The position numbers and the translations under genes are program-made. Shown one piece after another: positions 46,080 to 57,087 of a stretch of DNA of 64,000 nt. The stretch's first letter is position 1; each line of letters starts with the position of its first letter. The notes under the pieces were generated by a model. The model did no database searches and was not told the origin of the DNA. It saw only the letters and a program-made list of their open reading frames with translations. Source of the stretch: Histomonas meleagridis 2922-C6/04-290x (Eukaryota; Protista; Parabasalia); NCBI GenBank assembly GCA_020184695.1, contig JAANOX010000117.1:124001-188000 (forward strand), written 5' to 3'.

Positions 46080-46335
46080 GAAAATATTCAAATTTTATAG
46101 AACTGTATTAATATATGCATCTAATAAGAGTGGTAACACTGAAATAGTTAAGTTACTTATTGAACAAGAAGAAATGCAAAAACTAATAATAAATTTTTTA
46201 TTGTGTTTGTTTCATCAAATTAATGTTTCAAAATAATAATCGGAATTAATTTTTATGATTTTATACTGCTCCTTCTCTGGCTACTTCAAAACTTTATGAT
46301 GACATCGCAGAATTATTCAAAAGTAAAGGTGCATA
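46080..46335 (+). pseudogene. Orphan ankyrin remnant with intact 80-nt cassette (46185-46264: C-N-G-Y)
   Basis: TVLIYAS...EIVKLLIEQE, a deletion, then AKT + 4x20 nt + TAPSLAT. Confidence 0.65.
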
Positions 46336-46577
46336 ATCACAAAAATGTTGCCAATTTTAGAAAGAATTGTCAAAAATAAAACTTTTTTGATCAGAAATCA
46401 ATTGAAATCTTTAATAATGATGATGAAATTATTATGCTCAAATTGTAAATTTCATCAATTTATTCAAATTCATTTTTTAACTTATTAAGTGAATAAATTT
46501 GTGAGTATGCGCAATGTTTGGGACAATTATATGAAGTCTATTTTAAATTCATCATCTTAACGTCCTCCACAATATAA

Positions 46578-46628
46578 AAAGTGACATGTGGTCTGACGAT
46601 CTGACAGCGGTTTTTTCTCCTGGCCTTT
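46578..46628 (+). promoter_or_regulatory. Trichomonad core-promoter motifs AAAGTGAC, AGCGGTT and CCTTT upstream of RPL5
   Basis: AAAGTGAC 46578-85, AGCGGTT 46606-12 and CCTTT 46624-28 match motifs described for T. vaginalis promoters; CCTTT is typical of ribosomal protein genes. Confidence 0.6.
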
Positions 46629-46635
46629 TTGCATA

Positions 46636-47478
46636 ATGTCTGCAAAGATCATCAAGAACTCATCTTACTTTTCCCGCTACCAAACCCCATTCCGTAGGAG
46701 GCGTGAGTGCAAGACTGATTACGTTCAACGTTCATCTTTAATCCAACAAGATAAGACAAAGTATGGTGCAAAGAAATATCGTCTTGTTGCTCGTATCACA
46801 AACACAAAGGTCATTGCACAAATTGTTTATGCAGAACTTGACCACGATGTCACAATGTCACAAGCCCAATCAACCGAACTTGTTAAGTATGGAATCAAGC
46901 TTGGTCTTGCTAACTATCCAGCAGCTTATTGCACAGGTTTACTTGTTGCCCGTAGACTTCTTAAGAAGCTTGGTCTTGATGAAATCTTCAAGACAGCCGT
47001 CAATCCAGAAGAAGAAGACGAAGATGCTCGCCGTCCATTCAAGGTTCTCCTCGATGTTGGCCTTCGCCGTACCACCACAGGTGCCCGTGTTTTCGGTGTT
47101 ATGAAGGGTGCTGTTGATGGCGGATTATTTGTTCCACATAGCGACACCCGTATTGCTGGTGGTGAAAAGGAAAAGAAACAAAGGTACTTCATCCTCGGTG
47201 GACACATCGCTGATTACATGAAGAAACTTAAATCCGAAAATGAAGATGCTTACAAGAGACAATTCTCTCGCTACATCAAAGAAGGCATCGCACCAGAAAA
47301 CCTCGAAAAGATCTACACTGAAGCTCACAAATCCATCCGCGCTAACCCAGATCCAGCTCCAAAGGCAACAACACATTACCAACTCAAGAAGCCACACGCA
47401 AAGAGGCTCTCACCAGAAGAACGCAAGAGACTCCTCAACGAGCGCCTTGCTGCTGCTGGTCTTCCACCACGTCAGTAA
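46636..47478 (+). CDS. RPL5: 60S ribosomal protein L5 (uL18)
   Basis: YFSRYQTPFRRRRECKTDY..GLANYPAAYCTGLLVARR..LDVGLRRTTTGARVFGVMKGAVDGG. Confidence 0.97.
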   Translation: MSAKIIKNSSYFSRYQTPFRRRRECKTDYVQRSSLIQQDKTKYGAKKYRLVARITNTKVIAQIVYAELDHDVTMSQAQSTELVKYGIKLGLANYPAAYCTGLLVARRLLKKLGLDEIFKTAVNPEEEDEDARRPFKVLLDVGLRRTTTGARVFGVMKGAVDGGLFVPHSDTRIAGGEKEKKQRYFILGGHIADYMKKLKSENEDAYKRQFSRYIKEGIAPENLEKIYTEAHKSIRANPDPAPKATTHYQLKKPHAKRLSPEERKRLLNERLAAAGLPPRQ

Positions 47479-47749
47479 AAACAAAATTTTATTTATCTTA
47501 AATTGCCATATAGATTTTTGTCATTTTGAGCCTCAAATATTTGTATGTATTAAATTGTGGACGTTTCAAAAATTTAACCTATCGGCACTCAGCATTTTTT
47601 AGAAACATTTTATAATTAAATGAATGTCAGCAATTTTACATCGATCACAATTCAGTGATAATTGATTGCAAATTTTTTAATGATTATACAATTACAGGAC
47701 ATTTTTACTGTTCATCATTGAGAAAATCGTTAGCAATTCTAAAGTTGTG

Positions 47750-48550
47750 CTGGAATCTAAAAAAATTTTTGTGAATTGTTGTAAACTATCTTTTTGGCTA
47801 TTGTGCACTTACCACACAACTAAGGGACAGTGCGAAGAATTCTTCAAGATGACCGCAGTTTGGTCAAATGATTTTCACCTTTTATTATCCCTAACACAAT
47901 TGGCTGCTGGGCATTTCAAAGAAACAGTTGTTTTTGAGGAAGGGATTAATATTAAAGAATTCTAAGATGGCATATTTCATAGTTGTGAAAAATTAGTGAA
48001 CGTCCAAATTCCAAACGCATTTTGTTAATGCTCTAATATAAAGGATAGTACTATTCCGTAATCAGTCACTTTAATTGCGAAAACTCATTTCTTTCATGCA
48101 GGCAATTGAATTCATCTACTGTTGGAAGAAAAGTTCACAAATGAACGAGAAGCGTTTTCCTTTTGCGACAATTTACGAAACATAACAATACCATACTCTG
48201 TTGTTACTATTGGAGCTTGAGTATTCCATAGCACAGGCCTAACTTCAATTACAAATGTGATAGTTAATGATCGTGAAACATTTCTGAATTGTGAAAAACT
48301 CCAACGCATTCGTTATAATGGCTTCAAGAAGCAATAGTTTGGTGAAAATGTGTTTTCGGGTGTTCCTGCTTCATCTGTATATATGAGAGATGATTACAAA
48401 GGTAAAGCATTTGTTGAAATTACAGTTACTTATGATATTGGAAGAATGTCAGAACCATCCAATGATAAAAAGAAGTTAGCACAGTCAATAGGTACTCCAG
48501 CGGCAGTTGTTGTGAGAAGGAAGAAGAAGGAATTTTACTTATTTCAATGA
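47750..48550 (+). pseudogene. BspA-like (TpLRR) gene remnant
   Basis: EAFSFCDNLRNITIPYSVVTIGA*VF-type repeats with stops and frameshifts. Confidence 0.6.
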
Positions 48551-49013
48551 AAGTAAATGATTACTTAGTTTTATATTTATGTAATTTATTACTGTATTTG
48601 AATCCTATTTACTTTATCTGAAATTATCTTAAGATATTTCTGGGCAATAAAATTTGATAAAATAATTATCACTGATTTATTTTGAAATATTTTTTCTTTA
48701 ACTTTAAGCATCCGCGCTAACCCCGTTTTTAGGAAACTACATTACATTTATCAATCAGAATTTCATAATAATAATTTTTTGTCATTTTATCATGCCGAAA
48801 AGAAAAGTTATTTCGAAGTGTGGAAAATCTCCACTTAAATATTCAATGTGTTGTTCTCCAAATTGAATACAAAATTCAAATCTGCCCACTTCTGCCCACA
48901 TAACCCCATTGATTTCTATAGCGTTGTAAATTTAATTTTTTGATTTTTCTGACCACATTTTTATCGGAGGTAAATGAAGTTAAAAACAGTTTTATCATAA
49001 ATCTTTTAGGCTA

Positions 49014-50666
49014 ATGAATGGTGAATACCAACGATTTGATGATCAAGGATATCCGAATGAACCATATACACAAATACCACAATATCCACCACCTTCATAC
49101 CCGCAACAAAACCAAATACCTCCAACTTATCCACAACAAACACCACAACCATATAATCCATACCAACAAGTAAGTCAACAGTCACTTTATGTTGATGATT
49201 CCTATATACCAAACCCATACAATTATCAACCACAAACATCAGCTTATAATTATGATCTAAATCATATTGAATATCATGATATGAAAGTTGAACAATGGGC
49301 TACTATTCCTAATGATCAAACAGAATATTCATGTTATTGGGAAAATCAACAATCTTTTGAACCACAACATTTTTTTGAGAACACTAAGAAGGAAAAGAAA
49401 TGGAATGATTTGGCATTCGCTATCATATTTATAATTAATTTTCTTGCCACCTTTATCATTTTCATTTATTTCTTAACTGCTGAACCTCAAATGTCTGGAT
49501 ATACAAATTGGTCATGTATTCCACATATTTTTATATCATTAGGAATTGGAATTGGACTTAATATTGTTCATCTTCTTTATATGACATTTCTTCCACATGT
49601 ATATATTCGTTTAGGTTTTGTTCTGAGTTGTATTGTAGTTACACTTGGATTTTTAATTATAATTTTTGCTAGTTCCCTATTTATCTTTCTCATAATCCCA
49701 GCAATTTTCGTCCTTATAGGATTAATATTTGCATGTGTGTATTGGAAAAGATCTGAGTTTTCTATTGCTGTTCTTCAACAATGTTGTTTAATTTTATTAC
49801 GTAATCCATCATTGTTTCTTTTAATGTTTGTACAAACACTAATCACAACAGTCATCAACTTTATCTTCTTTATGATTATTTATCTAATTTTATATAAAGG
49901 TGGTTATCTATTATTTTTATATTTAATATTTTCATATTATTGGATCTCATATACACTTGCATATATAGTATATAGTACAGGATGCGGCGTTGCAGGTAAT
50001 TGGTATTTCCTAACTAATACTGAATATGAACCGAAATATTCTGTTTGGGAATCATTTAAACGAGCTACAACAACTTCATTTGGAAGTAATGCATGTGGCG
50101 CATTTTGGTTAGCAGTAATAAATGTTTGTAGAGCAATAGTACATTCAAATAGTGTTAATGGCCAAGGAGGTGCAATATTACAAATATTAAAATTAATTGC
50201 ATTATGTGTCATAAGTATCATAGAATGTTGTTTGACATGGATTAATAGATATGCACTTATATATTGTTCACTATATGGCGTTCCATTTAAAGAAGGTTGT
50301 CGAAGATTTGCAGAATTGTCTTGCAATAAGTTTGCTGACGTTTTATTCGATGGTAGCATAATTTCAATATCAACTACATTTCATATGTTTACTTTTACTT
50401 TACTTGGTTTAATTGTAGGTCTTTTGGTCAGTTCTTTTGTGATTATTGTTGAAATCGATTTTGGTGTGTTTGTTGTTTTGTTCTCAACTTTATTTACATT
50501 TGTGATTTTCTTGGTAATCGATTTCCCATTGGAAGGAATGACTGATACACTTTTCATCTGTTTTGCAGAATCACCTGAAAAGTTAAAAACATCTGCATCT
50601 GAATTATATGAAAGAATGAGGAACTCTTATACAGAATCAATGAATAAAAGGTTAGGAAGAAATTAA
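49014..50666 (+). CDS. Choline transporter-like (CTL/SLC44, Pns1) membrane protein with P/Q/Y-rich N-terminus
   Basis: KKWNDLAF, multiple TM segments, RATTTSFGS, INRYALIYCSLYG..F, DTLFICFAE. Confidence 0.85.
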   Translation: MNGEYQRFDDQGYPNEPYTQIPQYPPPSYPQQNQIPPTYPQQTPQPYNPYQQVSQQSLYVDDSYIPNPYNYQPQTSAYNYDLNHIEYHDMKVEQWATIPNDQTEYSCYWENQQSFEPQHFFENTKKEKKWNDLAFAIIFIINFLATFIIFIYFLTAEPQMSGYTNWSCIPHIFISLGIGIGLNIVHLLYMTFLPHVYIRLGFVLSCIVVTLGFLIIIFASSLFIFLIIPAIFVLIGLIFACVYWKRSEFSIAVLQQCCLILLRNPSLFLLMFVQTLITTVINFIFFMIIYLILYKGGYLLFLYLIFSYYWISYTLAYIVYSTGCGVAGNWYFLTNTEYEPKYSVWESFKRATTTSFGSNACGAFWLAVINVCRAIVHSNSVNGQGGAILQILKLIALCVISIIECCLTWINRYALIYCSLYGVPFKEGCRRFAELSCNKFADVLFDGSIISISTTFHMFTFTLLGLIVGLLVSSFVIIVEIDFGVFVVLFSTLFTFVIFLVIDFPLEGMTDTLFICFAESPEKLKTSASELYERMRNSYTESMNKRLGRN

Positions 50667-50867
50667 TAAAAGCAAATTTTCATAATTTTAATAATATAAA
50701 TGAAATGAATTCAATGATAATGATTGTCAGTGCCAATAAAAAGGAAAATTATTGTATACAACAAAAAAAAAGTTCATAAAAAATATCATAAAATTTCACC
50801 ATAAAAATTTTGACACAAATTAACAAAGTTATGAAAATTTCCTTTTTATAAGATAGTTTTATTTATT

Positions 50868-52661
50868 TTAAACACACCACAAACATATACCATCATCTGC
50901 AGCCGATACCAAATATTTACCAGATTTAGTCCATTTCACACATCTCACAGGTGTCGAATGTGCAGGATCACTCAATTTCCATCTCATATTATTATTAAAA
51001 TCCACAAACGAAATATATTCACTCTCACCACCACAAGCCAACACTCTCGAATTCGGCCTTAAATCGATTGAATTAATTTGTAATTTTTGAGGCGATTCAG
51101 TTTGGAAAATTATTCCTTCCTTAGGCCAATCATAAGCTACAACTTTACCATCACCTTTTGCTACTAAAATTTCATTTTCACCATCTTTAAATTGCGCTAT
51201 TGAAGTAAAAAGAATTCTCATTGAAGTTAATTCTTGATAAATTCTTTTTCCATTTGATACATCTGTTGTTGTTACTGTTTTATCTTGACTTACACTTATA
51301 ATTCTTTGCGGATAACCAAACGAAGGAATTATTTGAAAGACAGGTCCATTATGTACAAGTAATTCATTAACTATCGATCGCGATTTATGCGTTATGATTC
51401 GTATCATTCCATCATCACCACCAGAGGCTATAAAATCATTTGTAACACATAACGAAGTAATTTTTCCTCGATGAACTCTTTCTGTTGTCCATTGTACTTT
51501 CCCGATGTTATTAATTTGTAATAATGTGCCATCATTACAACCAATAATAAAATCATTTAATGGTGTATTTGATATAGAAGTCGCTTTAATCTTAAAATGA
51601 TATGAATCAAATAAAAGTTTCCCATCTTCAATGTTTAAGAGTGTTAATCCATTTTCGCCTAACGCAACTGCAATTGTATTAGATGAAATTGAAAAGGTTA
51701 AAGGTGCGTGTGTCGTACCTCTTAATAAAATTTCATGTGAATATCGTTTAGTATCAAAAAGATAAATGCCAGTGTCAACTGTACGTAAAAGTGCTATGCT
51801 ATTTAAGACAGAAATAGAAATGATGGGTTTTCCAATGTCGATTTGTTTGATTAAATTCCATTTTTTATCTTCCCCTTGAACAATTGATATGTTTCGACCA
51901 CATACAATGACTGTATTTCCTGAATCATTAGCTGAGATACATGAAATTGAAAAGTTATCAACTGGTATGGAGGCTCGAATAGTGGCAGATGTGGTGTTAT
52001 ATATGGATAATTCACCTAAATGTGTGCCAACAAATAAATAATCTGATGAACAAAAAATTGAATCAGAAGTACGCTTGTATCCTGTGGTTGGATTGGCATA
52101 AAATTTTGATTCGTTTCGATATTCAAATGTTCGTGGATCAAAAATAATTTTGAATTCAACTATTTTAATATTGGATACTACATGAAGATACCATTCATCA
52201 GTTCTTTGATCACTAAATGCAAGTGATGATACCGATTCTGGAGATTGTAAAATACATGCTAAATCTCTTTCTTGTATATCCCATATCCATATATTTCTTG
52301 TAAACTCATCTGAAATGGCTACCATACGTCCATCATCAGAAACTGCTATATGTGTGATTTTTGATTTGTGGCCTCGTAAAAGAAGTAATTGAGATCGTGA
52401 AGTTAAATCCCAAACAATTGCAGGTACTGAACTTTCTTCATGACTTTCTTTACCACATTGTCCAGAGACACAAATATTTCTTGATTTATTTAATGCAAAA
52501 GTTGTGATAATTTGAGAATGTCCTTCTAAAAATTCATATTCAGTTGGATTTTGAATTGATGCAATTGCAAGATTACATCCAATTGCTGTAATATAATGTG
52601 ATGTATCAATCCATTGAACTGGCATTGCAGTTGAAGAGAGAAAAGACACTGCTTTTGCCAT
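50868..52661 (-). CDS. WD40-repeat protein, CFAP52/WDR16-like
   Basis: Two WD40 propellers; ASGGDDGMIRI, ISVSQDKTV, LVSAADDGICLW. Confidence 0.7.
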   Translation of the reverse strand: MAKAVSFLSSTAMPVQWIDTSHYITAIGCNLAIASIQNPTEYEFLEGHSQIITTFALNKSRNICVSGQCGKESHEESSVPAIVWDLTSRSQLLLLRGHKSKITHIAVSDDGRMVAISDEFTRNIWIWDIQERDLACILQSPESVSSLAFSDQRTDEWYLHVVSNIKIVEFKIIFDPRTFEYRNESKFYANPTTGYKRTSDSIFCSSDYLFVGTHLGELSIYNTTSATIRASIPVDNFSISCISANDSGNTVIVCGRNISIVQGEDKKWNLIKQIDIGKPIISISVLNSIALLRTVDTGIYLFDTKRYSHEILLRGTTHAPLTFSISSNTIAVALGENGLTLLNIEDGKLLFDSYHFKIKATSISNTPLNDFIIGCNDGTLLQINNIGKVQWTTERVHRGKITSLCVTNDFIASGGDDGMIRIITHKSRSIVNELLVHNGPVFQIIPSFGYPQRIISVSQDKTVTTTDVSNGKRIYQELTSMRILFTSIAQFKDGENEILVAKGDGKVVAYDWPKEGIIFQTESPQKLQINSIDLRPNSRVLACGGESEYISFVDFNNNMRWKLSDPAHSTPVRCVKWTKSGKYLVSAADDGICLWCV

Positions 52662-52705
52662 TTGAATAACGTATATATATCCAAAAATACGTTAAAAATT
52701 CCAAA

Positions 52706-54418
52706 ATGAGCGAAATTTTTACTATAAACATACTCGGATGTACTGATTTAGATATACAAAGTCCTATGCTTAATGTTATTTTACGTATTTCTATTGTTAA
52801 TTCAGTTACTGGGGAACTTTTAACTAAAATTGATCCAGAACGCAAATGTTTTTCTGCAAATGAAGATACACCATATATTCCACCTGTAGCTACTTCTAGT
52901 ATTAAAATAGATAATTTAGGTAATCTTGCTCCATATTGGAATGAAAGTTTTATTTTCAATGAACCAATTGTTTCAATTCTATCAAATGATGTGTTAATAT
53001 TTTTTGAAATTATTGATACATTTATTCATCCCTCAAAACATGCCTTTACACCTATTGCATGGGCATTTTTACGATTAAAATCACCAGAAGAATGTCGAAA
53101 TCTTGGTCGTCAATGTGTTCTTCAACTTCATAGTTATCCATCATCTAATTTTAATACATCTTTAAATGGTGTTAAACTTCCTGTTGCTGGACTTTTACTT
53201 GGACGAAAGAAAATGAATGCGCGATTAACTGTTCAAGTTGATTCAGCTGAAATTCAGCCAACATATGATATAACAAGTCGACCAAAACATTTCTTTCAAC
53301 ATGAAATAGGTCGTGAACCACTTGAGAAGTTAATTAATAGAGAAGTTGATTCGGATAATGAAGCAACAGAAGTTAAAGAAGACAACAAACCTAAAAAGAA
53401 AAAGAAAAGGATCATTAGACCTGCAAATCGTAATTGTATTATTCCACGTAAACTCGCGGCTCAAATACCAGCTGGCGAAAGAGGTGCTCTAGCCCTTAAA
53501 TTTAATAACAATGGCGATATTCTTGCCGTTGCTATTCAAGAAGGGAAAAATTATGTTATTCAATTATATAGTGCTATAAATTTTGATAGATTATCACATA
53601 CGATTTGTGCTCATGTGGATCTTATTTATGAACTTTGTTTTTCACAAGATGATCGACTTTTAATGTCTGCATCTGCAGATGGAATGGTAAAAGTTTGGAA
53701 AGGTGATGGAAACTATAAACTCAAGTCAACATTACCTCATGCTAGTTATATTTATACAGCCAAATTTCATCCACAAGATGATCGTCTTGTGGCAACAGCT
53801 GGATTTGACGGTTTAATAAGACTTTGGGACCGCCCCAAAGGAAAAGTGCTACTTGAAATGTCAGGTCACAAGTCACGAATTAACTCAATAACGTTCTCTC
53901 CTGATGGGAAAGCTTTATATTCAGCTGATGCAGATGGAGTGATTATTGTTTGGGCAACAGATTTAGAGCCTGCTGGACTCGATGGTATACAGAGAGTGAA
54001 AATTGTTCGCGAAGGTGAAATTGCACAATGTCCAATTACACATTTAGAAATGGGAAGATCAAACTTTTCACTTCTTGTACATACACGTGATAGCATGGTT
54101 AGGATTTTTGAAACAAAGGTAATGGTTCCCTCCCAAAGGTATGGAGGAATTATATGTCAAAAATTCCATATGATGTCAACATTTTCACCAGATGGGAAAT
54201 ACATTTTAGCTGGATCCGAAGATGGGAGTGTAGTGTTATGGGTTACAAGAACAGCCGAACCAGTTACCGTTAAAGAATGGGTATGTAAATTTGATCAACC
54301 AGTTACATCAGTTGCATGGAACAGAGTCGAGAACATGATTGCCTTTTCATCATTTGGGGATGGCCAGCCGATCCTTGTGTTTTATGACCCAACCCCCGTA
54401 AAAAATCATAATGACTAG
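52706..54418 (+). CDS. AHI1: Jouberin/AHI1-like (C2 + WD40)
   Basis: C2-like IFFEIIDT..IAWAFLRL; WD40 AHVDLIYELCFS, LPHASYIYTAKFHP, TAGFDGLIRLW. Confidence 0.75.
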   Translation: MSEIFTINILGCTDLDIQSPMLNVILRISIVNSVTGELLTKIDPERKCFSANEDTPYIPPVATSSIKIDNLGNLAPYWNESFIFNEPIVSILSNDVLIFFEIIDTFIHPSKHAFTPIAWAFLRLKSPEECRNLGRQCVLQLHSYPSSNFNTSLNGVKLPVAGLLLGRKKMNARLTVQVDSAEIQPTYDITSRPKHFFQHEIGREPLEKLINREVDSDNEATEVKEDNKPKKKKKRIIRPANRNCIIPRKLAAQIPAGERGALALKFNNNGDILAVAIQEGKNYVIQLYSAINFDRLSHTICAHVDLIYELCFSQDDRLLMSASADGMVKVWKGDGNYKLKSTLPHASYIYTAKFHPQDDRLVATAGFDGLIRLWDRPKGKVLLEMSGHKSRINSITFSPDGKALYSADADGVIIVWATDLEPAGLDGIQRVKIVREGEIAQCPITHLEMGRSNFSLLVHTRDSMVRIFETKVMVPSQRYGGIICQKFHMMSTFSPDGKYILAGSEDGSVVLWVTRTAEPVTVKEWVCKFDQPVTSVAWNRVENMIAFSSFGDGQPILVFYDPTPVKNHND

Positions 54419-55049
54419 GATTGAAACAATATAGCAAAAAAACTAACCATATTTCAAACAATATAAATTGAAATATTATACAATATTGTGTCGTTTGATA
54501 GAATTCAAAGAATAATGTACATATATAAAGCCAAAAGATAACAAAAACCTATTTTTATAAAAATAATCTATCTCAAAATAAACAATTAATAAATTTCTTT
54601 CTTGCTTCGAAACAACAACAACAAAGAGCTCATTAATTCATCCTTTTTTGCATGAAATCAGAAATTGTTTTGTTCCTTGGAAACAATTTAAGGATTATCA
54701 AACAATTTTCTTCTTTCTACATTACTTCAATTTTACCTTATAAGAAAACATGAAGATTTATTACACTTGACAAAGACATTCATCTTATTGACAAAGGAAA
54801 CAGGACTGGGCTTATTATTACCAGGATTTATTATCATTACAAATTTTTACATTTTTTCATTTACTTTTCAAATAAAAAAACCAAAATTAATAATAATATT
54901 ATTATTGCAAAAAATATTTAAAAATACATTTTATTATTGCAAAAAATATTTAAAAATACATTTTATTATTATAATCTATTAAAAGTTCACAAAGAAAAAG
55001 AAGTTGCCAACGAACGGTTAATTAAATTCACATTTTTCCTTTTTAATGA

Positions 55050-55907
55050 TTAAAACATTTGTTCGTAAAAAGAAATTGTCTTCCAATTTGTTTCCTTATT
55101 AGGAGGGATCTGCTTTGATTCTTTTTTACAATACATTTTCTTTTTGTCATTTTTATAATGACATATTGTGTACAATGACTCAGGATTTAAGTTTCTTACG
55201 AACTCACCTGTACCATGTTTCATATATCTTTCTTCTTTGTAATCATATTTATCATTTGGCATAAGAATCCCTTTCTTAATTAATTCATTATATTCCACAT
55301 TAATAAATCCATGCGTCGGAAAGTTTCCTTGTAAGTGAAACAACGCACCTAAAGTCGATACAGGTTTTAATCCTAAAACATTTGCAAATTTTTGAATATT
55401 TACTTTAAATATTTCATTACTTACCCATTTAATACCTATTACATCTGCGTATTCAGGTTGTTTCTCCGAGAGAAGAAGAAGGTTATACAGTTTAAAAATA
55501 AAAATCGTATTTTTGTTTCTTCTACATTGAAAGAATTTTTTAACCACATTTTCGAAAGTCATTTTATAAGGCGTATTTGAAGACCAGTATTGAATTGGAT
55601 AGAATCCAAGTTGTTGTGGACTTATTTGTAGGTTTTGATTAGCCATAGCTTCATGCAAACTACCCAAACTATTTGGAGGTGTTTGTTGGTTATTTGTTAT
55701 CACATTAGAATTACTTTCATTAGAAGATATCTCTTGTACAAAGGTATCTTGAGGGAATATATTTTCATACGTGAAAAGCTTATCAAATTGGGAAAATTCA
55801 AATGAAATTTTAGGAATCGATCCTGAAAAATTTTCATCATTTTGCAATTCCATGGGATAATTTTGATAATTTTCACCACTCATATTTTGATATGTCTGAT
55901 CTATCAT
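55050..55907 (-). CDS. Initiator-binding-domain (IBD, IBP39-like) protein
   Basis: FIFKLYNLL..VIGIKWVSNEIFKVN..FANVLGLK..ALFHLQGNFPTHGF. Confidence 0.75.
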   Translation of the reverse strand: MIDQTYQNMSGENYQNYPMELQNDENFSGSIPKISFEFSQFDKLFTYENIFPQDTFVQEISSNESNSNVITNNQQTPPNSLGSLHEAMANQNLQISPQQLGFYPIQYWSSNTPYKMTFENVVKKFFQCRRNKNTIFIFKLYNLLLLSEKQPEYADVIGIKWVSNEIFKVNIQKFANVLGLKPVSTLGALFHLQGNFPTHGFINVEYNELIKKGILMPNDKYDYKEERYMKHGTGEFVRNLNPESLYTICHYKNDKKKMYCKKESKQIPPNKETNWKTISFYEQMF

Positions 55908-57087
55908 GTATCAAAATGTGTTACGATAAATAAAACAGTCGATGAATAATTCAATGTATTGAATTTTTAATTTAAAATAAATTTTCTGTCCACATAAACA
56001 TTTGGACAAATTTTTAAATACTCGAAAGTTCTTTTAAATTTTATCTTTTTGTGAGCGTTAACATCGAAGGCGCAAATTTTCTATTCGTTGTATTTGACAG
56101 TAATAGAAAAAAGTCCACAATGAAGAATACAACACTTCTCATTTCGATTGTCCTTATTCAAAACAAATGATATAGAAAAAAAAAGTATAAAAACAAATAT
56201 AATGTTCTATGATTAATGAGCCTATGTCAAATTATGAAGTTATCTTGTTTCTTCAAAGGGTTGCATTAAAAAACCCGTTAGTAGTACTTTTTATGGTTAA
56301 CCGTTTTGTCGGTTTTTGGCCGTACATTAACGTCCTCTTTAGTTCACTTGCCTCCCAAGCAAGTCGCGCGATGATGACAACATTCGCTACTTTCAGAAGC
56401 ATGACGAAAATTTTGTCTGAGCAAAAACACCTTTAAGTATTGTAGTTTTAATCCATTAATGGATTAATTGGTTTGTATATATTTAATATATGATATGAAT
56501 GTAATGAATATAGTTTTTTAATTTGAGGATTTGGTTTTGTATCTCCAGCTGTGTATATGAACTTTATTGGAATAGTTTGATTTTTAATTTTGAGTAAAAT
56601 AAAATTTGAAAAGCATCAAAAAAAAATTGAAATTATTTTGTGGTGGCATTTCAGTGTCTTGAGGACTTTCTTTTTAAGTATATAAATTTTTTTTTATAAC
56701 CAATCAGAATATATATATATGAAGTTTACCTGAAAACAGTTTCATAAAATTAACGTTTTCTGGACGGTTATTTTTCGTCGTGGCCAAAAACAACAACCGC
56801 GTGCATCTGTCAAAAAATGCGAACGATGAAAAATTATCGTTGAATCTTGATGAAGTGCCTCAGTTTTTTAAGGAAAATCGTACACTAGTATCAAAAAATG
56901 CTATGTGGGGTTTGTAGATGTCAGACTTTGATCGTTTTCCTTGAAATGATTGAAGAATAATTGAATATTACGACATGTTTATTCTGAAAATTGAGCGCTT
57001 TTAACGTTTAACGGACAAACCTTTTGCTGGCCACTCAAAAACTACAAATAATTTGACTCAAACCGCTTTGGTAGGTCATTTCTGTAA

